From Candidatus Methanoperedens sp. (GTDB lineage: Archaea; Halobacteriota; Methanosarcinia; Methanosarcinales; Methanoperedenaceae): a stretch of 32,000 nt of DNA. Every line of letters starts with the position of its first letter. Position 1 is the stretch's first letter. Positions 18,949 to 27,157 of this stretch are shown here, piece by piece. The notes beneath the pieces were generated by a model. That model was given only the letters and a program-made list of their open reading frames with translations, had not been told where the DNA came from and searched no databases. The stretch spans positions 1-32,000 of the forward strand of contig JAPZAR010000030.1 of the NCBI GenBank assembly GCA_027460535.1, given 5' to 3'. The position numbers were made by a program, and so were the translations under genes.

Positions 18949-19988
18949 AAACTATAATAGGAACTTACTTAATTGATGCGCCTTTTTCGGCGCTGAATAA
19001 TCGAGGAATAGATCAGGGAGCAGCGAACGAGAATGAAGTAGCAACCAAAGTAATTCAATCTCCAGAAGGAATGAGGCCATACGTTTCAGCACAAGCGTTA
19101 AGATACTGGTGGAGAATGGTTTTAGAAAATAAATTTGGATGGAAATGCTCACCTGTGGAAAAAATTGGAAAAAATCAAGCTGTTACTAAAGGTGATCCGC
19201 TGGAATACGATGATGATGATATTTTTGGGTATATGAGTGCCAGAAAAATTGATACGGGAGAGAAGGATAAAAGTGATAAGCCAAAGATGGAAAATGTAAC
19301 CGTGACAAGGGTATCTCCATTAAAATGCTCGCCTTTAATTGGATTTCCAATACGACCTACTTCAGATTTTGGTGTATTAGTGAGAAAACTTGAAACTGAT
19401 CCAATACTTTTTACTCATCAATTTTATAGCAATATCTTTAAAGGTATTTTTGCGCTGGATATTGATTCCGTAGGGAAATTCACAACAATTGATAAACCTG
19501 GTAGCAAAAACTTGTCAAAAGACCTTGCAGAAAAATATGAAAAAAATGGATTAAAAAAAGATGAAAAAACATATTCACTTCCGTTAGAAAAAAAGAAGAC
19601 GCGAATTTCTGATACCATTAAAGCCTTGAAGTTTTTGAATGGCGGGGCAATGCAGACATTGCATCATACTGATGTAACTCCCAAGTTAATTATGCTGGCA
19701 GTATTGAATAATGGAAATAACATATTCATGGATGTAATGCCTCACAATAAATACGATAATGGATTGGTCAATATCGATGCATTATCTGAGATGTTGGAGG
19801 ATTATAAGGAATCACTGTTGAGCAAAGTCTATATCGGTAAATTATCGGGTTTTGGATCAGATAAAGACAAAGAATTAGAGAGTTTCAAAGCACCATCGGG
19901 AGTTAATGTTGTAATTACGACTCCAGTTAAAGCAATAGATCAATTCATAGAGGAGATATTAACTAATAATAAAATTATTGGCGAGTAA
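18945..19988 (+). CDS. cas7: Cas7 backbone subunit (Cst2/DevR-like)
   Basis: The N-terminus GTYLIDAPFSALNNRG...YVSAQALRYWWR is typical of the Cas7 DevR/Cst2 family. Position in the operon fits. Confidence 0.85.
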   Translation: MKTIIGTYLIDAPFSALNNRGIDQGAANENEVATKVIQSPEGMRPYVSAQALRYWWRMVLENKFGWKCSPVEKIGKNQAVTKGDPLEYDDDDIFGYMSARKIDTGEKDKSDKPKMENVTVTRVSPLKCSPLIGFPIRPTSDFGVLVRKLETDPILFTHQFYSNIFKGIFALDIDSVGKFTTIDKPGSKNLSKDLAEKYEKNGLKKDEKTYSLPLEKKKTRISDTIKALKFLNGGAMQTLHHTDVTPKLIMLAVLNNGNNIFMDVMPHNKYDNGLVNIDALSEMLEDYKESLLSKVYIGKLSGFGSDKDKELESFKAPSGVNVVITTPVKAIDQFIEEILTNNKIIGE

Positions 19989-19989
19989 A

Positions 19990-20643
19990 ATGGAAGTTCT
20001 TCGTGTTGAAATACGGGCAATTACAGCCTCATTTAGATACCCCATGTTTGTGGTATCTTATCAGCCTACATATAAAATTCCTCCAATATCTACGATATAC
20101 GGTTTGCTCTCCGCTGCAAAGGGTGAAAAAGTCAGTATTTATGATTTATCCATTGGTTATGATTTTACATCTAGAGGAAGTGGCGTTGATCTGGAGCGCA
20201 TTCTGGAGTTCGGTGGAGGAGACAAAAATAAACCCGTTTCCTATCTTGGTAGCAATATAATACACAGGGAATTTTTATATGATTGTATATTGACATTATA
20301 TATATCTGATCTAGATTTTAAACAATATTTAGAGAATCCACGTTTCACTCTTTTACTTGGAAGGCAATCAGATTTAGCTAAGATAACAAAGATAAAAGAA
20401 GTGAAATTGATTCCAAAAGAAAATGTTGAAATATATAATACAATTATACCTTTCGATGGAAGAGTGCCAGGGCAAATCGTTGCTTTACCCTCTGATTATA
20501 CTGACAAAGCTGAAAGAAAACCAATTGAAGTAAGAACTTATTGTATCGTAGAATCAAAACAACAGATTGAAAGGGGATACTATGATACTGAGCTAAATAA
20601 GGGAGTTTTTATGCATGAGTTCAACAATAAAAGCCAAAAGTAA
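19990..20643 (+). CDS. cas5: Cas5 (Cas5t-like)
   Basis: MEVLRVEIRAITASFRYP...PPISTIYGLLSAAKG matches the Cas5 N-terminal signature. ATG 19990 lies 2 nt after the cas7 stop; the ORF track uses TTG 19978. Confidence 0.85.
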   Translation: MEVLRVEIRAITASFRYPMFVVSYQPTYKIPPISTIYGLLSAAKGEKVSIYDLSIGYDFTSRGSGVDLERILEFGGGDKNKPVSYLGSNIIHREFLYDCILTLYISDLDFKQYLENPRFTLLLGRQSDLAKITKIKEVKLIPKENVEIYNTIIPFDGRVPGQIVALPSDYTDKAERKPIEVRTYCIVESKQQIERGYYDTELNKGVFMHEFNNKSQK

Positions 20644-22795
20644 TGGCGAATCACTTGAAGAACATATAAATAATTGCCTTAATATTTTTGCTCAACTAAA
20701 GGATATTTATCCAGATTTACAAAAATTTACAAATTATCCTTCTTTTTATAGTGATGCTTTTGATGCTTTGTTTTTTCATGATTTTGGTAAAGCTGCAGAA
20801 GGTTTTCAAAAATCATTATCTCCAAAAGGAGAAAAATGGAAGTATAGGCATGAAATTCTTTCAACACCTTTTATTAACTGCCTGAACAAAGAAAATCTCG
20901 ATTTTGTCAAGATCTTAGTGCTAACTCACCATAAAGATATTAATAAATTAGTCGAATATATTGAAGATAATGATTTTTTGGGGATTCGTTATGAAGAACG
21001 ATTAGAGGAAATCAAACCTAATATAAATGCACTGAATGAAATAATAAAGAAATATCCAGAAATCTCTAAAAAGATATTAGGCTCAATAGAATGCAAGGTC
21101 GATATTATAGAGAAAATATCAAAAGATAAGTCGATATGGGAGGAAATAATACAAAAGAAAAGAATGAACTTTTCATCAAAAATAGGAATCTTTGGAAAAG
21201 GGATGATAAATTCTTGTGATTATTTAGCTTCAAGTGGGATAAAAAAGATACTTAAACCACTACCAAGCTTGAGTGAAGTATATAATTTTAAGTCCTTTAC
21301 GAGTGTTCAGGCAAAATGTTTATCAACAAAAGGTAATGCGATAATTATTTCACCAACTGGTTCTGGAAAAACGGAAGCATCTCTGTTCTGGGCTACAAAT
21401 AATCTCGATAAATCACAAGGAAATAGAATATTTTATGTTTTACCCTACACTGCGAGTATAAACGCAATGTATAGGCGATTATTGATGAAATTAAGCCCAT
21501 ATTATTCAGATGATGGTTGTGTATCGCTATTACATGGAAAAGCGACTTATTTTTTATATAAGATGTTCGAGGATGGTGATTTTAGAGAAATACATAATTT
21601 ATCTAAAAAAATTTATAGTCCATACAAAGTAATGACGCCTTTTCAATGTTTAAAACACTTCTTTTCATTGAAAGGATATGAGATGGGATTATTAGAAATG
21701 TACCGCGGGAGATATATTTTTGATGAGATACACTCCTATGATGCCAAAACAGCGGGATTGATATTATCAATGTGCGAGTATTTGATAGAAGAGAATGATG
21801 CTAAGATATTGATAATGTCTGCAACGATGCCATCATTTCTGAAAAATATGTTTTTAGATAATCTTCATATTGAAAATGAAATGGTTATGGATAAAAAAGA
21901 GTTGAGCAAATACCTTCGCCACAAATGCAAGATAATCGATGGAGATATCCTTGAAAATATTGATTTAATAATAAAAAGATTGCAGAATAAAGAAAAAGTA
22001 TTGGTTGTGTGTAATACAGTAAATAGAGCCCAGGATGTTTATAAATTATTGAGAGATGAAGTTAACGACTCTGCTTTGTTGCATGGCAGATTTATCTTGA
22101 AAGATAGAGAAGCAATTGAAAAAAATCTTGAAAATCTGAATTTATTAGTGGGTACACAAGTCATTGAAGTTTCATTGGATATCGATTATGATGTATGTTT
22201 CTCTGAACCAGCTCCAATTGATGCTTTAATTCAGCGATTTGGAAGAATTAACAGACGAAAAAACAGCGATGGATTACCACTCAAAGGCATTTGCGATGTA
22301 TTTGTTTTTTCAAAAGGTTCTGAAAATGATCGATATATCTATGATACAGAGATTGTAAATAAAACTTTAAAAGTTCTCAATGAAATTGATTTATTGTTTG
22401 AAGATAAATTATATGAAGCAGTCGATGAAATATACATTAATGGTTTTGGCGATAAACTAAAAGAATTTGAAGATACCAAAACTTCATTTAGAAAAATGAT
22501 AGATCGTATAGTACCTTTCAATAATTCAAACACAAAAGAATCAGACTTTTATGATTTATTTAATTCCATAGAAGCGGTTCCTGAAAAATATCGGCATGAA
22601 TATCTTGATTGTATCCGAAATAAAAAGTTATTCGATGCTATGCAATATTGTCTGCAATTAACGAACGGTCAATTTCAAAAACTACTCAAAGAAGGACGGG
22701 TTGATTTCGAAAAAAAGATTTTTATAGAGGCAAAGTATGATCCAGAATTGGGATTATTGATAAATGAACATGAAGAGAATCAAAATATAATATAA
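20615..22795 (+). CDS. cas3: Cas3 HD nuclease-helicase fusion
   Basis: HD domain (HDFGKA, HHKD), Walker A SPTGSGKTEA, DEIH box (FDEIHSYD) and SATMP are all present in this 726-aa protein. Confidence 0.95.
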   Translation: MSSTIKAKSNGESLEEHINNCLNIFAQLKDIYPDLQKFTNYPSFYSDAFDALFFHDFGKAAEGFQKSLSPKGEKWKYRHEILSTPFINCLNKENLDFVKILVLTHHKDINKLVEYIEDNDFLGIRYEERLEEIKPNINALNEIIKKYPEISKKILGSIECKVDIIEKISKDKSIWEEIIQKKRMNFSSKIGIFGKGMINSCDYLASSGIKKILKPLPSLSEVYNFKSFTSVQAKCLSTKGNAIIISPTGSGKTEASLFWATNNLDKSQGNRIFYVLPYTASINAMYRRLLMKLSPYYSDDGCVSLLHGKATYFLYKMFEDGDFREIHNLSKKIYSPYKVMTPFQCLKHFFSLKGYEMGLLEMYRGRYIFDEIHSYDAKTAGLILSMCEYLIEENDAKILIMSATMPSFLKNMFLDNLHIENEMVMDKKELSKYLRHKCKIIDGDILENIDLIIKRLQNKEKVLVVCNTVNRAQDVYKLLRDEVNDSALLHGRFILKDREAIEKNLENLNLLVGTQVIEVSLDIDYDVCFSEPAPIDALIQRFGRINRRKNSDGLPLKGICDVFVFSKGSENDRYIYDTEIVNKTLKVLNEIDLLFEDKLYEAVDEIYINGFGDKLKEFEDTKTSFRKMIDRIVPFNNSNTKESDFYDLFNSIEAVPEKYRHEYLDCIRNKKLFDAMQYCLQLTNGQFQKLLKEGRVDFEKKIFIEAKYDPELGLLINEHEENQNII

Positions 22796-22854
22796 AATTG
22801 CATCAAGAAATCTCATCTCTTATTGCGTTTCATATGGTGTCGCCCTGCCACATC

Positions 22855-23170
22855 CACTCCCCCGCCCCCCATCCTCCCTCACCCCCGCGCCGCCAGTTCT
22901 TTGCGGACTCTGCGCCCTTTGCGGTGATGCCTCCTGATTCTTGCATGGCACCGCATGGAAAAACATCCTAGCAAATGCGATATATCCCATGCAATAAATC
23001 CGCGTTCATAAACCGGAACTTCGGTTTACGCAGTGTTGGGGTATGCGAAGCATATCCCTCGTTTGATAAAACTTTCATAAAGTTTTGCGTCCATCTGCGG
23101 TTTCGTTTTTCGCAGAAGCGCCGGAAATTTATCGCATTCTGTTTATAAAATTTCACCTCAAAGACTGTAA
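22855..23170 (+). repeat. Unit 1 (copy B) of a tandem, degenerate ~325-340-bp non-coding unit
   Basis: Blocks shared with unit 2, in the same order: G+C-rich head, TTTGCGGACTCTGCGC-N-CTTTGCGGTG, CCTGATTC-TGCA, TGCGATATAT, TGCAATAAATC-GCGTT, ATCTGCGG-TTCGTTTTTCG, GAAGCGCC-GAAATTTATC. Confidence 0.75.
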
Positions 23171-23470
23171 GGAGCCCGCCCTCCTGCACGTTCTTCCCCG
23201 ACCCGCCGATACGCGCTCACTTCCGCGCCGCCTGCTCTTTGCGGACTCTGCGCGCTTTGCGGTGGTGCTCCCTGATTCGTGCACAGCGCCGCAGAAAAAA
23301 ACAGTCTGAAGAGTGCGATATATGCCCTTGCAATAAATCTGCGTTAATCTGTGAAATCTGCGGATTCGTTTTTCGGAGAGTGATTAACCATTGTTCTCTG
23401 GAATATTTTTTGCGTTTTTGTGGTTGCTCCGGTCTCCATGAAGCGCCAGAAATTTATCTGGTGCTATATA
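23171..23470 (+). repeat. Unit 2 (copy C) of the tandem non-coding unit
   Basis: Same ordered blocks as unit 1. The core starts at 23238 versus 22900 in unit 1, and the last block starts at 23440 versus 23115. Confidence 0.75.
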
Positions 23471-23581
23471 TATAATTCTTTCTAAAAATTTATTGAAGCA
23501 CAGTAAAATTTTGTGATAAGGCGTCTGAGGTTGTTTTGATCCATAACAATGCTTATATAAGACAATATCAAACTATAATAT

Positions 23582-23812
23582 ATGGCTGAATTGAAAGTTA
23601 CCATTCCTGAAGAACTCTGGAGAAAAATGGCAAGCTTTGAAATAGACTGGCATGCGATCACCAGAGATCTTCTCAAAAAGAAAGTCAATGAACTGAGTGA
23701 TTTGAAATCCATTGTTTCCAAAAGCAAGATGACCGACGAGGATGCGTTAGAGCTTGGTAGAAAGGTTAATAAATCACTTGCAAAAAAATTCAAAACTTCA
23801 GCGATGGGATAA
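23582..23812 (+). CDS. Putative antitoxin partner of the PIN protein (VapB-type)
   Basis: 76-aa ORF whose stop (23810-23812) directly abuts the ATG of the PIN gene. Size and position are typical of antitoxins. Confidence 0.55.
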   Translation: MAELKVTIPEELWRKMASFEIDWHAITRDLLKKKVNELSDLKSIVSKSKMTDEDALELGRKVNKSLAKKFKTSAMG

Positions 23813-24235
23813 ATGCTCCTCATTGTTGATGCCAACGTTGTTTTTTCGGTTCTCATAAAAGGTGGGAAAACATTAGACATTTTTTTTTTGAATAAAGCTA
23901 AAAAAAGATTTGATTTTGTAGCTCCTGAATTTCTTATGGTGGAAGTTGAAAAACACACCAGTGAGATTATTAAGAAAACTGGACTTTCAACAGAAGAGAT
24001 TGGAAAGGTGTTTGATTTTCTTGAAAAAGAAATTGAATTTGTTTCATTTGAAGAGTTTGAAGAATTCTATAAAGAAGCAGAGCAAATATCTCCTGATCCC
24101 AATGATGTTCAGTATTTTGCGCTTGCTATGAAATTAAATGGGGCTATTTGGTCTAATGACAAGGCATTAAAAAAGCAGTTTGTAGTTGATGTGCTATCTA
24201 CAGGGGAAATAATAAAATTAATGGAATTTGAATAG
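23813..24235 (+). CDS. PIN-domain ribonuclease toxin (VapC-like)
   Basis: The sequence MLLIVDANVV..., ...EVEKH..., DPNDVQYFALA and WSNDK supplies the conserved acidic residues of PIN domains. 140 aa. Confidence 0.8.
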   Translation: MLLIVDANVVFSVLIKGGKTLDIFFLNKAKKRFDFVAPEFLMVEVEKHTSEIIKKTGLSTEEIGKVFDFLEKEIEFVSFEEFEEFYKEAEQISPDPNDVQYFALAMKLNGAIWSNDKALKKQFVVDVLSTGEIIKLMEFE

Positions 24236-24256
24236 TTCATATTGTATTATTTTGTT

Positions 24257-24353
24257 ATCCCCCGCTCCCCATCCTCCCTCACCCCCGCGCCGCCAGCTCT
24301 TTGCGGACTCTGCGCCCTCTGCGGTGGGTACGATTCGTACCAATCTGTGCAAG
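24257..24353 (+). repeat. Copy D of the G+C-rich element
   Basis: 24257-24325 is identical to 22858-22926 at 66 of 69 positions (hand alignment). It is followed by the hairpin GGTACG-ATT-CGTACC. Confidence 0.85.
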
Positions 24354-24409
24354 GACAAAGAGTCATCTAAAAAGATGAACCCAACCGTATATTTCATTCA
24401 TCCCAAACC

Positions 24410-24439
24410 TTTATAAATTCAAAAATGAATAAATTCATT
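24410..24439 (+). promoter_or_regulatory. Candidate promoter and operator of the wHTH-NTase/cas4-cas1-cas2 operon
   Basis: TTTATAAA (24410-24417) is followed by the perfect palindrome AATGAAT-AA-ATTCATT (24424-24439), about 20 nt before ATG 24459. Confidence 0.4.
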
Positions 24440-24458
24440 CAAAAATGGTTATATAACT

Positions 24459-25058
24459 ATGAAATTCCACAATGTTCTTGACGAGATATTAGGCAATAGA
24501 ACAAAGGTGAAGCTGCTAAGGGCATTTTTCACCTATCTTGAAAAAGAATTCACAGAAAGCGAACTCCAGAGGATAGCGGGGATACCGCAGGCGAGCGTTC
24601 ACAGGAACGTAAAGTTTCTCCTCGCGAATGGACTTCTTGACAGGGAACGCATCGGAAAGGCAAATCTGTATTCGCTGAACAAAGAGCATATTCTTTATGC
24701 TCTTCTACAGAACATTTTTGAGAATGAAAAAAACCTTCTCTCTGAACTTAAAAAGTCGCTTAAAGGTTCGATTGAAAGCTTTTCTGGGATAGAGTTAGCA
24801 GTACTCTTCGGAAGCGTTTTAAAAGGCACTGAGAGAGCGGACAGCGATATAGATATTTTCATCGTCTGTAAAGCAGATAAATCACAGGTGGAAGAAGAGA
24901 TGAAAAACCTGATCCAGGTTATCGGAAATAAATTCGGAAACCCGGTATCGCCGATGATAAAGAATGATACAGAGATGAAAGACATAAGAAGCAGTTCAAT
25001 ATACAAAGAATTAAAAAGAGGTGAAGTACTCTTTAAGCGCGAGGGATTTGAATGGTGA
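24459..25058 (+). CDS. Winged-HTH / minimal nucleotidyltransferase (MNT-like) fusion protein
   Basis: The N-terminus ESELQRIAGIPQASVHRNVKFLLANGLLDRERIGKANLYSLN is wHTH-like. The C-terminus LFGSVLKGTERADSDIDIFIV carries the GS-x9-11-DxD nucleotidyltransferase motif. Confidence 0.75.
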   Translation: MKFHNVLDEILGNRTKVKLLRAFFTYLEKEFTESELQRIAGIPQASVHRNVKFLLANGLLDRERIGKANLYSLNKEHILYALLQNIFENEKNLLSELKKSLKGSIESFSGIELAVLFGSVLKGTERADSDIDIFIVCKADKSQVEEEMKNLIQVIGNKFGNPVSPMIKNDTEMKDIRSSSIYKELKRGEVLFKREGFEW

Positions 25059-25147
25059 AAGGTCTATCAACAAAACCTGCACAGGAAATGTTCAGGGATG
25101 CAGAACGTCTAGTGGAATGGGTTGAAAATAGGAACATGGTGGCATGA
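25052..25147 (+). CDS. 31-aa micro-ORF bridging the NTase gene and cas4 (possible HEPN remnant)
   Basis: It encodes [31 protein letters not shown]. Its ATG (25052-25054) overlaps the upstream gene's final codons before the TGA (25056-25058), and its TGA (25145-25147) overlaps the cas4 ATG (25144-25146). Confidence 0.3.
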   Translation: MVKGLSTKPAQEMFRDAERLVEWVENRNMVA

Positions 25148-25710
25148 ATCCGCAAGATGTAACTTTGGAAGAAAAAGAAAGACCCCAACCTGAAGACATC
25201 ATGGCCGGTGCCATGCGCATCACAGGCATTAAAGTAACATACTACTTCATCTGCCATACCAAACTCTGGCTGTTTTCGCACAATATCACGCTTGAGAAAG
25301 AGAATGACAATGTGAATATTGGAAAACTCCTGCATGAAGACCGCTATAAGCGCGACTCAAAAGAGATAACAATCGACCAGACGATAAGCATCGATTTCAT
25401 CCGGAAGGGTGATACCATTGTTCTCCATGAAATAAAAAAAACAAAAAGCATGGAAGTGGCACATCGCTGGCAGATGCTATATTACCTGTATTACCTGAAA
25501 TCAAAAGGTATCAGCGCCACAGGCGAAATAAATTATCCCCTCGTTAGCAGGAAAGAAGAGATAGTGCTTCTTGAAAAAGATGAATTGGAAATGGAAAATG
25601 TGATAAATGATATCAGGAAGATCGCAATGGGAAGGATGCCGCAACCTAAAAGGATAAAGATCTGCCCGAAATGCGCTTATTTCGAATTCTGTTTTGGAGA
25701 TGAAGTATGA
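25144..25710 (+). CDS. cas4: Cas4 RecB-like exonuclease with a 4Fe-4S cluster
   Basis: 188 aa with an N-terminal Cys ([10 protein letters not shown]) and a C-terminal [10 protein letters not shown] cluster. It has a 4-nt overlap with cas1. Confidence 0.9.
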   Translation: MNPQDVTLEEKERPQPEDIMAGAMRITGIKVTYYFICHTKLWLFSHNITLEKENDNVNIGKLLHEDRYKRDSKEITIDQTISIDFIRKGDTIVLHEIKKTKSMEVAHRWQMLYYLYYLKSKGISATGEINYPLVSRKEEIVLLEKDELEMENVINDIRKIAMGRMPQPKRIKICPKCAYFEFCFGDEV

Positions 25711-26696
25711 AGGAAGATTATTATATCACACAGGACGGCGGCCTTACAAGGCATGAAAATACGGTATATTTCGAGAACGAAAACACAAAACGCGCCCTTC
25801 CGGTAAATAAGATATACTCAATATACGCATACGGCAGGCTCAGCTTTTCATCCGGGGTCGTGGATTATCTTGCAAAGAGCGGGATACCGATACACTTCTT
25901 TAATTATTATGGTTTTTACGAAGGCTCATTCTATCCGCGCGAAACGCTGATAAGCGGCGATCTGACCGTGAAGCAGGCATCGAATTATCTCGACAGCGCA
26001 AAGAGACTGATACTTGCAAAATCCTTTGTTGAAGGCGCTTGCGGCAATATCCTGAAAAATCTCAACTATTACGCGCGGGAGATGAAAAGTCTTGAAACAC
26101 ATATCAGCGGCATCGAATCCGAGATCGCGAGACTGCCGGGGACAGCAACTATCCCTGAGGTCATGAATGTAGAAGGACGGATAAGGAATATTTATTATAC
26201 GGCGCTTGATGAGATATTCCCTGAGAATTACAGGATAATCAAAAGGTCAAGGATGCCGCCGGCGAACAGGATGAACACGTTAATCAGTTTCGGGAATTCC
26301 CTGATGTACACAACAACTCTTTCGGAAATATACAATACCCAGTTAAACCCCACTATTTCTTTCCTTCATGAGCCATTTGAAAGGAGATTCTCGCTTGCTC
26401 TTGATGTAAGCGAGATATTCAAACCCATAATTATCGACAGGATCATCCTGAAGCTTGTGAATAAGAACATGCTTGACGATGCTTGTTTCAGGGGGGAGAT
26501 AGGAGATATGCTGCTCAGTGAAAAAGGGAAAAAGCTGTTCCTGGCAGAATATAATGAGAAGCTTTCCACAACTATCAAACACAGAGGACTGGAACAAAAT
26601 GTTTCTTTCAAACGGCTTATAAGACTTGAATTGTATAAACTCGTGAAGCATTGCCTTGGTGAAAAGGATTACAAACCTCTCATTATGTGGTGGTAA
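25707..26696 (+). CDS. cas1: Cas1 integrase
   Basis: 329 aa. [14 protein letters not shown]...[10 protein letters not shown]...[12 protein letters not shown] are typical Cas1 motifs. Confidence 0.95.
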   Translation: MKEDYYITQDGGLTRHENTVYFENENTKRALPVNKIYSIYAYGRLSFSSGVVDYLAKSGIPIHFFNYYGFYEGSFYPRETLISGDLTVKQASNYLDSAKRLILAKSFVEGACGNILKNLNYYAREMKSLETHISGIESEIARLPGTATIPEVMNVEGRIRNIYYTALDEIFPENYRIIKRSRMPPANRMNTLISFGNSLMYTTTLSEIYNTQLNPTISFLHEPFERRFSLALDVSEIFKPIIIDRIILKLVNKNMLDDACFRGEIGDMLLSEKGKKLFLAEYNEKLSTTIKHRGLEQNVSFKRLIRLELYKLVKHCLGEKDYKPLIMWW

Positions 26697-26962
26697 TCTT
26701 GTATGTAATAATTGTTTATGATGTGGGGGTGGAAAGGGTGAACAAGGTGAGGATTTACCTCAAGCAGTATCTTAATTGGGTGCAGAATAGTGTGCTGGAA
26801 GGGGAGCTTACAGAACCTGAATACATGAAGATAATGAATGGGCTCAGGGATGTAATAGATGAATCCCAGGATAATGTTATCTGTTATAAATCGAGAGATC
26901 GGAAGTATCTCGCTATTGATGAAATAGGAACTAAAAAGGCTGAGATCACAACAATAATCTGA
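26687..26962 (+). CDS. cas2: Cas2
   Basis: 91 aa. [38 protein letters not shown] is the classic Cas2 N-terminus. It overlaps the cas1 end. Confidence 0.9.
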   Translation: MVVILYVIIVYDVGVERVNKVRIYLKQYLNWVQNSVLEGELTEPEYMKIMNGLRDVIDESQDNVICYKSRDRKYLAIDEIGTKKAEITTII

Positions 26963-27157
26963 TGTCGATGATCTAAAGTCGTGGATCTTTATAAAGCAAA
27001 TACAAAACCTGGGATGCACGACTGAAAATTCTATTTTTGCAAAGGTTTTTGTGGAATGAGTTCTATTTATATTTGAGAGAAAATCAATAGACGATACCTG
27101 AAAAATTGTCTGTTTTTTCAACCAAATTCAACCGAAAATCCAGCTGGAAAAAGCTTG
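26963..27157 (+). promoter_or_regulatory. CRISPR leader with TATA-like box
   Basis: This A+T-rich 195-bp segment lies between cas2 and the first repeat. TTTATATT at 27066-27073 is a candidate TATA box about 85 nt upstream of repeat 1. Confidence 0.55.

Noticed and set aside
22968-23189. Minus-strand 73-aa ORF within tandem unit 1
   Set aside because: It lies wholly in the repeated non-coding unit, the equivalent frame in unit 2 is broken by stops, and I recognise no family.
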